Source of the DNA: Dicyema japonicum
Lineage: Eukaryota; Animalia; Dicyemida
Length of the DNA stretch: 64,000 bases
Reading direction: 5' to 3'
Assembly: GCA_011109175.1 (NCBI GenBank)
Contig: RDEW01000037.1
Coordinates: 159,557 to 223,556, forward strand
Positions 37,333 to 48,367 of this stretch are shown in pieces (position 1 is the stretch's first letter; every line of letters starts with the position of its first letter). The notes under the pieces were generated by a model, which searched no databases, was not told where the DNA came from, and saw only the letters and a program-made list of their open reading frames with translations. A program made the translations under genes and the position numbers.

Positions 37333-38677
37333 ATGGAACGTCAAAACAACCACAGGCATCACTCCGAGTCTTCACAGTCCTCATCCTTCACCTCTTCAAC
37401 GTCTTCGTCGAATAGCGGGAGTAAAGTGAGGAAAGACGATGATGGGCATCTGCTCTACTGTGAAGGAGACATAATAAGCAACTGTGAGTTCAGAATTGAA
37501 AAGAATCCCTACAGATAAAATTGTCGGCCTTTTGGGGGAGGGTACCTTCGGAAAGGTCCTGGATTGTCGGGACCTGAACGAGTAATCTATAAACTTACCA
37601 TTTAAGCGATGGACGTCATGTCGCCGTCAAAGTCGTCCGTTCCGTCGAAAAATACACTTCCGCTGCAAAGATAGAGATTGAAATCCTCAAGTACATCAGA
37701 CGGAAAGATCCTAACTCGAAAAGGTCAGTTTCTTTATAATCTGACTTTATGTAGTCACTGTGTGGAGATCCTTGATTCATTCAAAGTTCTCAATCATCTG
37801 TGTATCGCGTTTCCTGTCTATGGATTGAGCGTTTTCGAGTTTATGGTAATCAGTTTTTCTATGTGTAGAAAAAAAACAACTACTTCCCGTACCCTATGCT
37901 CCAGGTTCAAGCGATATCCTACCAGCTTTGTGAAGCCGTGGCCTGTAGTTAAGTTCATGACCTAAAGTCCTTCACTCACGTGGGATGACCCACACGGATC
38001 TGAAACCTGAGAATTTGCTTTTCGTAGATTCTTCGTATGAAACGGTTTTTCGAGGAACAGAAAAACCATCAATTCGCGTTTTGAAATGTGCCGTGAAGCT
38101 GATTGACTTTGGTTCCGCTGTCTTTGAGAACGACCATCACTCCAGGGTGGTCTGCACTCGGCATTACAGACCTCTGGAAGTTGTCCTAGGTTCTCGAAAG
38201 TGCTTACGGTAGAACTTCCATGGGACAATCTATGTGACGTGTGGAGTGTAGGTTGTATCATGTTTGAATTGTACACTGGACATACTTTGTTCCAGACCCA
38301 CAGCAATCTTGAGCATTTGGCTATGATGGACAGAATACTGGGACCTCTTCCTTACAGGCTTATTCGGAAGACAAAGTATTAGTGATGACTTAGTTGTAGG
38401 AAAACACAATATTTTTATCACGGAGAACTTGATTGGGATAGATATTCTGAGAGAGGGAGATATGTCAGGAATAACTGCTTTCCCCTTTTTGTATTAATTA
38501 TGTTTAGTTTAGTCATACATTCACTCAAAGTCTCAAATACATGGAGATTTATTTGATTTGATTGACAGAATGCTAGACTACTACGTACACCATAGAATCA
38601 CTATTTTCTCAGCTATGCGTCACTGTTTTTTTGATGATATTGATAGAATACTCAGAATAACTAATTCTATTAGATGA
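37333..38677 (+). CDS. CLK: CDC-like (LAMMER) dual-specificity kinase
   Basis: [56 protein letters not shown]. Eight introns of 22-31 nt (first at 37484-37514); stop TGA at 38675-38677. Confidence 0.93.
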
Positions 38678-38700
38678 TTTTGTATTATTGTGTAAAAGAG

Positions 38701-40164
38701 TCATTTTTTATTTAAAAGTCTTCTTTTTAGTTCTTTTCTAAGTAAGTCACGTTCCTGTTCTGTTCCGTTTAGAATAGACGAGTTTTCCGAAGCCCTTCTT
38801 GATAGGTATGGAAGGACGTCCATTAGATTACCATAGGGGACACTCTTGTAGACGTTGTATCCGGTAATCCCCATTAGGAATGTTATATTGTCTGATAACC
38901 CATAGAGCTGTCCGAATGACACGTTTTTGTTAGTTGGTTCTATTTCTAGCTCCTCCATAAAGTCTATTACTTTGAGGATTGATTTTTCATTGTGAGTGGC
39001 GGCTATTACACTATACTTGTCAGTTTTTTTTGATATTCTAGTCAAAATATGGTGGATTGCCTTATCGTATATTTCTGATGTCCTTTCAAATGATTCATTT
39101 ATTGGACTTTCCTTGTTATTTTTCTTAGCTGTCCTGTTTTCAGAATCCATGTAGGCTCCACGCACAATCTTTGAACCCCAGCACCGTCCGAACGAATCTA
39201 AGATCTTCATTTCTTCAAGAATAGAGTCAAATGCAGTCTTCAGATAACATTGGTGAGTATTCCATACCATTGGTTTTAGTATATTGTGCTTAATCATAAG
39301 GGCAACTGCAAATAGTTGTATTCCTCTGTTGATGATCATGTATTCTGCATCCACCAGCAATCTCACTCCTTCGTTGATGGCATTATCTCCAAATTGTCTA
39401 AGACAGCCGACTGCATTGGTCAGAAAAAGTTGTTCACTTGGACTTAGAGTACTGAAAATAGTCTGTTCTATGCTTATATTGTCCTCTGACATTAATTTTG
39501 ACAACTCAATTGCATACATGTTAAAGTTCTCCAATGTACCCGTCCTTGTACCAAACTCTGCTAGTAAAGACTGTGGAGCAAACGCAGTCATTTTGAAATG
39601 AATCATTGGAACCACGTGAACACACAATTGACGAGCAATTTTGACACAATTTAAAGAATTTGCAAGATTTGTGAGTAATTTGTTGTGATATTTCCCATTT
39701 GTCATGTTGGCCAAATCTTCTTCAGAGGCTAGCATTAATAGGATGCTGATTCCTGATTGGTTCAGTCTGAGAGATACTTTAGCAAGCTCTTCGTTGGTCT
39801 CTCCTCCAGCAAATTGTCCATATATCGTCGACTTGATCAAATACTTGAAGATTCGTTCTCCCAGAATAAATTTCCCAGCTTTCATGAGGAAAATGGCGTT
39901 CAATGAAATGAACCGAAATGAGCAAAGGTAAAGGACCGAAAATGATCTAATAATTTCAACGTTGGACTTCATTTGTAGGGATTTTTCAATATCAGAAAAA
40001 TTGGGCTTCACGAATTTTAAATCAACTTTTTTTAATTTTTTCTGATATTCGACGACATTTTGGCTTCTTTTCCAAGGAATCAACGCATTTTCTTTAACAG
40101 AAGTCACAAAAGGCTTAAAAAACGTACCAGAAAACTAAATTCTAACAAAATTAACTACTTTCAT
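38701..40164 (-). CDS. PRODH2: Proline/hydroxyproline dehydrogenase (PRODH2-type)
   Basis: QFAGGE, LLVDAEY, VWNTHQCYLK, KIVRGAYM, ATHNEKS, FGQLYG, YKSVPYG, PYLSRRA.EN. ATG at 40164 plus a 24-nt intron (40135-40158) gives MK|FSGTFFKPF, in frame with the 1.4-kb ORF. PRODH2 versus PRODH assignment rests on DAEY. Confidence 0.85.
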
Positions 40165-40359
40165 CAAAACAAATAAAAATTGGCTATTCTTTCGATTTTA
40201 TACGTATATAGAGACGTCATGATAAAACAATAATATTTAAAGTATACTTAATTATCCTCATGATTTATTATTTTAGTAACATTTAAAAGTAATTTTCATC
40301 CCCATGAATTAGATTCACAACGACTTTCAATTACTATTAATATTACTTTAATCACAACA

Positions 40360-42140
40360 CTTTATTCATCCAAACATGCGATTCGTGACGTTAAAACTCT
40401 CTCGAGTTGATAAAAATGTTGAAAGGAAAAAAGGAGAAGGGTCACTTGCGTTACCAGATGGTATGAATATAATTCTTGCCATATCCGAGAGCGTTGTGGC
40501 AGCTGACCCAAAAGAATGGACGAGACAGGTAGTCCTGCAGGTACGTAGCAGGCTATCCCGAATGCCCTGAAATGGTTGGCCATACTTGGCGGAGCTCTGC
40601 AATGGCAGATTCAGTACTGCTATATCTGTGAGTGAACTCAAGAAAATGGCTATAGACAAAGAGGGTACTGGTCTAAGATGATCACAACTGTCAAAAAAAT
40701 CACGAGCACCAGAGCTGTGATATGTTGCAGCTCAAGCATGTTTATGAGGGATTCGCGCGGAATCTCGCTGCAGCGGCAGAAGTCCCACTTGAGGACCGTA
40801 GATTTATCCGCAAGATCCCTCATTGTAAGGTTAACGGAGTAGTGTTAACCTGTATCAATAAGGCTGTGGCTTATGCGGTAGAGGCTATGCCAGTAGGGTC
40901 ACTGGGTGACATTTCCCTAGTGATGTGATCCCTCATTGTAAGGTTAACGGAGTAGTGATAACCTGTATCAATAAGGCTGTGGCTTATGCGGTAGAGGCTA
41001 TGCCAGTAGGGTCACTGGGTGACATTTCCCTAGTGATGTATGCAGCACAGATCACCTATGGGATTCCTGATTGGGCCTGCACCGGGACAACTTATTTGAT
41101 TCCAAAGCTGGACAACCCCCAGTATGCTGCAGATTATCGACCGATAACCTGGATGCCAACCCTGTATAAGCTGATGACCAAATTGGTGGCTAATGAGGTC
41201 AGGAATTTTGTAGAAGCAAATGAGATTTTCTCCGAGAATCAGTTGGTTACTGTGCAAAATTGTCAAGGGGCAAAAGAGCAAGCTTTAATCAACAAGTGCC
41301 TTTCTGTGTCTCACGGAAACTCACTTTTGTCTATGTGGGTGGATGTGAAGAAGGCTTACGATTCAGTTGATCATTTTTACCTTGTCGAGTGCCTACACAG
41401 TCTGCGTATGCCTGTGTGGTTCAACAGTTTTGTAGTGGCTGTGATGAATAGNNNNNNNNNNNNNNNNNNNNNNNNNNNNNNNNNNNNNNNNNNNNNNNNN
41501 NNNNNNNNNNNNNNNNNNNNNNNNNNNNNNNNNNNNNNNNNNNNNNNNNNNNNNNNNNNNNNNNNNNNNNNNNNNNNNNNNNNNNNNNNNNNNNNNNNNN
41601 NNNNNNNNNNNNNNNNNNNNNNNNNNNNNNNNNNNNNNNNNNNNNNNNNNNNNNNNNNNNNNNNNNNNNNNNNNNNNNNNNNNNNNNNNNNNNNNNNNNN
41701 NNNNNNNNNNNNNNNNNNNNNNNNNNNNNNNNNNNNNNNNNNNNNNNNNNNNNNNNNNNNNNNNNNNNNNNNNNNNNNNNNNNNNNNNNNNNNNNNNNNN
41801 NNNNNNNNNNNNNNNNNNNNNNNNNNNNNNNNNNNNNNNNNNNNNNNNNNNNNNNNNNNNNNNNNNNNNNNNNNNNNNNNNNNNNNNNNNNNNNNNNNNN
41901 NNNNNNNNNNNNNNNNNNNNNNNNNNNNNNNNNNNNNNNNNNNNNNNNNNNNNNNNNNNNNNNNNNNNNNNNNNNNNNNNNNNNNNNNNNNNNNNNNNNN
42001 NNNNNNNNNNNNNNNNNNNNNNNNNNNNNNNNNNNNNNNNNNTTTTCCAACACTTTGGACACTGTAGAAGCAGGGTCATCTTTTGGCTTTCCTGTTTTTA
42101 AAATAAGCGAATCATGAAATTCAGATATTTTGGAGAACAT
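40360..42140 (+). mobile_element. R4/Dong-like non-LTR element family E (RT region; spans an N-gap)
   Basis: PDWACTGTTYLIPK...DYRPIT, QGAKEQ, VDVKKAYDSV. Contains a 113-bp tandem duplication (40814-40926/40927-41039). Confidence 0.8.
41452..42042. other. Assembly gap (others at 17449-17481, 32020-32218, 51786-52553)
   Basis: Runs of N; all four lie inside or next to retrotransposon sequence. Confidence 0.99.
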
Positions 42141-42199
42141 GAGTGTTGATAAAATAATTGTAAAACTCCGTTAATGCAGCTTTAGCTCGCGGTACGAGA

Positions 42200-43480
42200 T
42201 TATTATTAGCACTTTCACGAGAGCCATAATATTTATATGTGCAGCAAAAAATAAAAGAAAATTAGTTAGCTTGCTCCAAGCTCTTCTGTTCTTAGCTAAG
42301 TCTTCCAGTGTTTTCTTCACGGCTTTCAGATCGTTTTGTAAAACAACCGGGATGGGTGTTTTCGGTCTTCCACGAAAGCGTTTTATATTGGAGGATCACT
42401 AATCTTCTATTGCGATATTCGAGGGGATATCGGGTCCAACCTCAGGACGTGTCCAAAAAGTCTCCAACAAAAGCTAATGATCTCGTGACTTAATGATGTA
42501 CAGTCACACTTATTTTACACTCCTTTCCGCAAGATCTTGGATGGCCAGGTCATTCCAGTAATGTTTCTTAGATGATTCCTGTGCAACGATTCTAGCTTCT
42601 TTAATTCTTCTTTTGAGGTGCCCCAAGTCCCAGAGTTGTATAGGAGGATTGGTTTGATAAAGGTGTCGTATAACATTATCTTTTGTTTTATGTTATTCCT
42701 TTCCGTTTTAGCCATAGGTTTTTCAGCCTGTGTAATGCCGCGTTTGCCATGGTTTTTCTCCGTATGATATCTTCACTATCTTTTAATAGGGAGCCATGAT
42801 TCTTTGTGTGTCTCCATTTCTCTTGATGGTCGAGAGTGGAGGGTGATGATTTCTCCAGTTTTGCCAAGTGTTTTATTGACGTAGCTGCCTGGCGTAGACA
42901 GGCTTCGATTTTCAGACAGTTCGTCCATGAGAGGTTTATTCCCCATGAAGCGCAGGCATAGGCAATGGTTGGCTTAATGAATTGTCTGTATAAGGATCCA
43001 AGGGGTGGAAAAGGATTATTTAATAGATCTCCAAATAGCGATTTAATCACTCCAATTTCCTTCTGGCAGGTCCCGATGGTCTTTTCAATATGGGGAGAAA
43101 GACACATATTGGCATCGAATATGATACCCAAAATCTTTGGGTTCTTTGTGAAAGCGATTTTGATGTTGCCAATGTATAAGTCAATATATCTGTTTCCGAG
43201 CCTTTTATCAAATGTGAACAGAGTGTACGACGACTACTCAGGGGAAACTTCCAGACGATTGTGCCTAGGCAGTTTTGCATTTTTTTCAAGGAGTTCTTGG
43301 GTTTTCTTTGTTGCACGTATCACATCTTGATCGCGTGCTCGAATGAGCAGATCGTCTGAATATGCAAGGGCAATTTTATTTTTGGCTTCCGAATTAGGCA
43401 GGTCGGACAGAAAAGGCCCAGAGACGACGGAGAGCCTTGGAGAACTCCATTTGGTAAAAGTCTACCACAATCGGATTACA
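42200..43480 (-). mobile_element. Chimeric junction: I/Jockey-like LINE fragment fused to RTE family A 3' end
   Basis: 43480-42850 reads ILGIIFD...LYRQFIKPTIAYACASWG. It joins at ~42830 to ...WRHTKNHGSLL...LYDTFIKPILLYNSGTWG and the family A (TAA)n tail at ~42200. Confidence 0.7.
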
Positions 43481-43628
43481 ATTGAGGAATAAATTGAGAA
43501 AATAGGGGATAATTTAACTTTTTACTTAAAATAAATTATCATATAATTTAAAATAAAATTTAAAATTTACCCGGCTCGCTTAAGTGGTTTTAGTTGAACT
43601 CAGTATTTTAGTTATTATTTTGACATTT

Positions 43629-46395
43629 ATGAATGAAAAATATTATGACTCTGAAATCACCAAAAATGTTTTATCTAAATTTTACGAATTAGGAAATTTG
43701 GAATGACAATCTTCTTAAAAGAAACTCAAGTGAATCAAAATTAACCATACGTTCTAATAATTTTCTCAAATATAGTCCTTCTTCTACCAAGGTACAATTT
43801 TCTCTGCTTCCTCCAGTCGTCCTTTATAAAAAATGGGATAGAAAGACTGATCGACCTCGAAACTTTCAAACAAGCAATGACTCCGCCAAATTCTTCCTCA
43901 AAAACTCCTGATAAACTACCTCCCATCAGTTCACCATGTCAGATAGCGAGATCTCCAATCAAATCAAGGCCAACAAGTCGTCAGAGGAACGCCAACTTCC
44001 GGCGTCTCAACATGAAGAGACAGTATCACCCACGTGGCAGGAGAAAGGGGACTAAATTTCCTCGATACAACAGACGGAACATCCGTGATTGGCCTAATGC
44101 AACCCAGTCACAATTTGACGGTACTACCATAATATGCATTGCAGACGATTTTTTGTGCCATTCATCCGCAAATCCGTTAAAACTTTGTGAGAGCTGTCCT
44201 ACAGAAGGAGATCCTGGTGACTTGTCGCAGCTCGAATATCAAGTTCTCGCTCAAATTCTTCAAAGTATCCATTATTTGTAATGTAGGTCAGTCTGTCCTA
44301 GCAAATTTGTTCGGTCTTCCATCCGTGCTAAACATTTTGGTTGAATCTGCCAGCCAGTTCAGTAGTCTTCGCCAGTCATTCGCCCTCATCTTTGTTGATG
44401 ATCCCTTTACGACTGAAATGCCACAACTGGTTTATGTAGGGGTCATTTTATAGCATTTTAACCGATCAATTCGCTGTATTGATACATTTATGACATACCA
44501 GCAGGTCAAATCTACGATTGAGCAACTTTGTGAACCTTCAGTCATTGCCTTGGTAGTCTCAGCCAAGGTGGGTCTTAGGACTCTTCCTTTAATCACTGAA
44601 ACACGTAGACCGGTCTCATTTGTTGCGGTCGTGGATGCTCATAGAATTCTTGATATTCCTGAATTTTCCGAAAATATCAGCGATGTAGTTCAGTTCATCA
44701 GGGGTTCTTATGGAATTTCACAGTTCTGTGCCTTCACCTATCTCGTCGATTTGGCCTTGACGCAAAAAATAGCTGAAATGTTTAATGCTTATAGAACTAT
44801 CTCCAGTAATCAGCAGGTACACCAACTGAACTGCTATATCTCCTCAAAACTTGATTACCAGGTTACCAAATTACTCATTTCAGACTCTTCTCTCGCTTTT
44901 AAGGAGAATTCGATCAAAATTTTCATCTTTTGTGGTGGTTTGTGATACCACTGCAAGAGTGGACTTTATACACAGTTATATTTGCAGGACCAGATCTTTC
45001 AGTATGTCGTTTTAAATTTTGATAGAATCCATAACCACAGTTCACCATTATTCTCCGAGAAATCACCGACTTTCCGTGTTCAAAAACCCTCAAGTTGAGT
45101 TTCTGATCACCACAGAACGGTTTGCCCGGTTTTTTCTGACGGAATCTACTAATACTGGTATCATGACCAAACATTGTAGCCTTTATTTGCTTTGGGGTAC
45201 CTCAATCCCACGAGTTCTTCCTTTCGTCTCTTATTTTTATGAAAAACGTCTTTCTGATTATCCCACCTGACGATGTATCTCCTTGGGTTTACTTAGGCTG
45301 TTATATACAACAACCTCTGCCGTTGTTCGTACGAGTTGTACGTGGACAAATCTCAGCTCAGGGATTTTCTAAACAACATTTTTAGTGACTCCAGGAAGTA
45401 CATATTTGTGTCTTCAGTCATTAATGATGACTTTGATTTGCCTCAGAATGGTTTAATTGGGGCATATTTTAGTAATCGGCAGGATTTGCTCGACTATTCA
45501 ATCCTTTGTGGGGTTCAAAAACTTTTACAAAGTCTCCAACGGAGCTTTTAGACGCTGTATGATCAGATTTATTGGGGACACAGCAGATTGGGAATATTTG
45601 TGCTCAAAGGTTTATCCTTGATTTATTGGTGGAACTCCTTCCTATCAAAGATTTTTGACTACGCGAAATCTATGATGACTCAGCTCTCATTCGATATTCT
45701 TCGTGGGGAACAGGTCTTGTACCCTACTGAATTGGATTTGGATGTTGTGGACTTTTGTAACGCATGTGGGTACGATATTGGGCAGATAGTGACTGCCTTG
45801 TATTCTCTGAAATGGATTCATCATGAGGATGGTGTTTGCTGGTGTGATTGTAGGTTTGGTTACGAAATCCGGGGTGATACTTGAGATGAGTGATTATGGC
45901 TGTGCTTATGTCCACCAACCAGAGATTTTTTCTTCTGATTTGGTGGAAAACTTGTTTCAGGACATTTGTGACTGTCCGTTGAATATCAGTCGAGGAATTG
46001 AGCATGCTTTGCTTATTTATAACATTATCGGGTTGTGTTGGTCGTTTAATTTTAGCAATTCTGAGGGGGAGGTTGGTTTTCGTAACGTGGAAAGAGATCA
46101 CATCGAGAGGACTATTATGCTGTTTAATGAACGAAAACTTGAAAAAGTTGAGTTTCCTTGGAGTCACTCTGATTTGGAGGATTTAGTGGGACGATTTGTA
46201 AGGAAGTACCACAATGTGCCCTCGTTGACTGGCAGAGTAGTGGCGATGATTTTACATGGAATCGGAACGCCTCTTTTTCCAACGTTCATTTGGAAGTCTG
46301 TTAAGGAATTCTGGCAGCAGGGACTTTGTTATGATTTTATATCTGTAATGAACTGTGCCCATCATTTGTTACATATTCAATCACTTGATATTTAG
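43629..46395 (+). CDS. RECQL4: RECQL4 orthologue with degenerate helicase motifs (probable pseudo-helicase)
   Basis: NFRRLNMKRQYHPRG (RecQ4-specific), collinear helicase core, ELDLDVVDFCNACGYDIGQIVTALYSLKW (R4ZBD region), and C-terminal TGRVVAMILHGIGTPLFP...FW matching RECQL4 SSRAVARIFHGIGSPCYP...FW. Frame stays open after removing ~10 introns (mostly 22-25 nt, one of 41 nt); the last junction near 45840-45870 is not exactly resolved. Confidence 0.85.
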
Positions 46396-46689
46396 TTTTA
46401 TAATTGTGCTAATATTATATTCTCTATGTTTACTATAATCTAAATCAGTGTGTCCCTTTTGAAAGACAAGAAACTCGAAGAATGGAATAAAGAGATGACT
46501 GACTTTTCAATTTAATTTTGTTGTGTTCCAAATCAAAATTGTTTGCTAAATATTTTCATGGTTTTTCGAACTTATCAAAAAGGTAAATTTATTGCGCGTT
46601 CAAAATAAATTTTTTGTGGTGATTAGTACATTTGTTTTTACTGATCATAGTCAACATCCCCTTAGTGCCTACTTAAAATAGTGGTCACG

Positions 46690-47040
46690 TAGGTGCAGTG
46701 ATCCAAGGGTTGTTTGGCACTCAGGAAATTGATTCAAGACTCCCATATTCAGTGTCTAAAGTGGACTGCCCACGAATCTCATACTTTTGCAAGCGATCAT
46801 CCCTAGGTTTCACCGATTTAAAAAAACGATTTGATATAAAATTCAAAACCTTAAGAGGATCAGCAGATAAAAATCAAAGTCGCCAAAAATATGCTGTTTC
46901 ATACAAAGCTTTGATGACAAAAAATATTTATGAAAATTGGCTATCTTGTATTAACCAAGAAACGAGAGAAAGAAGAAAAATAGCATTACTGATAGATAAT
47001 GCAACTTGGCTACTTTTATCCAACGGTGTCCAATATTAAA
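46690..47040 (+). mobile_element. pogo/Tigger (CENP-B-like) transposase remnant
   Basis: KKRFDIKFKTL and YKALMTKNIYENWL...RKIALLIDNAT match the Tigger DDE_1 pattern; internally deleted. Confidence 0.6.
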
Positions 47041-47738
47041 ACATTTTTTATAAGGTTTTTTAAAAAGACCCTCATTTTCGGGTAAAATGTGTTTCTGTTG
47101 TTGGACCCTCATTTTCGGAGAAAACCTTATACCCATCAACCAACAATAATAAACACGTGTCGAGTAAACAATTTGTTATTATTTTTCCTCACTTATAAAC
47201 TCAGTTGTACTTATTGAGATAATGCAACAAAATCAATAAAAATTATCATTTATTGATTTTGTTGCAGTCATCAACTAAATAAGAACCTTTAGAATTATTT
47301 AAATCGTCAGGAATTCAATTTTAACAAGCAATTTAACAAAATTTGTTTAAAAAACTCAGAAAATTGGATTTACAGTCGTGGGTTCAAATCTGGACTTTTC
47401 GATTGTCAATTCTTGTCAAAACAGATTCTACTCGTGAGGCGACGAGTCTTTCTGTCACGACATAGTTGTTGAAAGGGTCTCCCTACCTTCTCCCTGACCA
47501 AATCCACTAGTGAAGATAACATTATGAAAACTTTTTCACCTATTAGTGAATTGATAAGCGTAAGAGGTGCGATGAAAATGGAAGAAGGCGGACCGGACCT
47601 ACTTCTTTACCTCTCACAAAAGCGGAAACCTGCAATGGACTCTTGGATAATGAATTTAGTTTACAAAAGAAGAAGTTCTCCATTGGATTCTTTCCTTGGA
47701 TCAATAACCTGTGATCTTGTGCTGGACTTACCAAGATT

Positions 47739-48076
47739 GTAAGCTTCATTTCATAGAAGAGTTTCCATGGTACAGATGAAGAAATTTTTTATTATCGCAT
47801 GACTCTGCTCTACTTGGATGAGTGAGGGGAAAACAGGGGAAAAGAAGGGAAACCTTCCGTCAAGTATCTTCAACGGGAATCGAACCCAGGATAACAAAAT
47901 TGATCTNGTAAGCTTCATTTCATAGAAGAGTTTCCATGGTACAGATGAAGAAATTTTTTATTATCGCATGACTCTGCTCTACTTGGACGAGTGAAGAAAA
48001 AAACAGGGGAAAAGAAGGGAAACCTTCCGTCAAGTATCTTCAACGGGAATCGAACCCAGGATAACAAAATTGATCT
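47739..48076. repeat. Near-identical tandem copies joined by a single n (47907); each contains a B-box-like GGGAATCGAACC
   Basis: 47739-47906 versus 47908-48076, with a few substitutions and an indel. Confidence 0.9.
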
Positions 48077-48367
48077 TTTTTTCAATTTTCAATAGATTGT
48101 TAAAATTCGTAGTCCAGTTCGCAAAAATTGATGAAGTCATCCATGCCCTTTTAGAATTGTAATAAAAAACTATAGAATAATAATCATATTTAAATTTTTA
48201 AAAATGTTGGCAAATATCAATAAAAAATAAAAAAAATCGATAAAAATTGAAATTTTAAGAGTGGAATATTTGAGAGAGTTTACTGCATTACGAAATCCTA
48301 ACTACAGAGTAAATTAAAAATTATTGATAAAAGTAGTGAATCCAACGTTTTATGAAAAAAACCATTA

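Noticed and set aside
47860-47895. tRNA gene around GGGAATCGAACC
   Set aside because: Only a B-box/T-arm-like string; no acceptor stem, D-arm or A-box could be folded.
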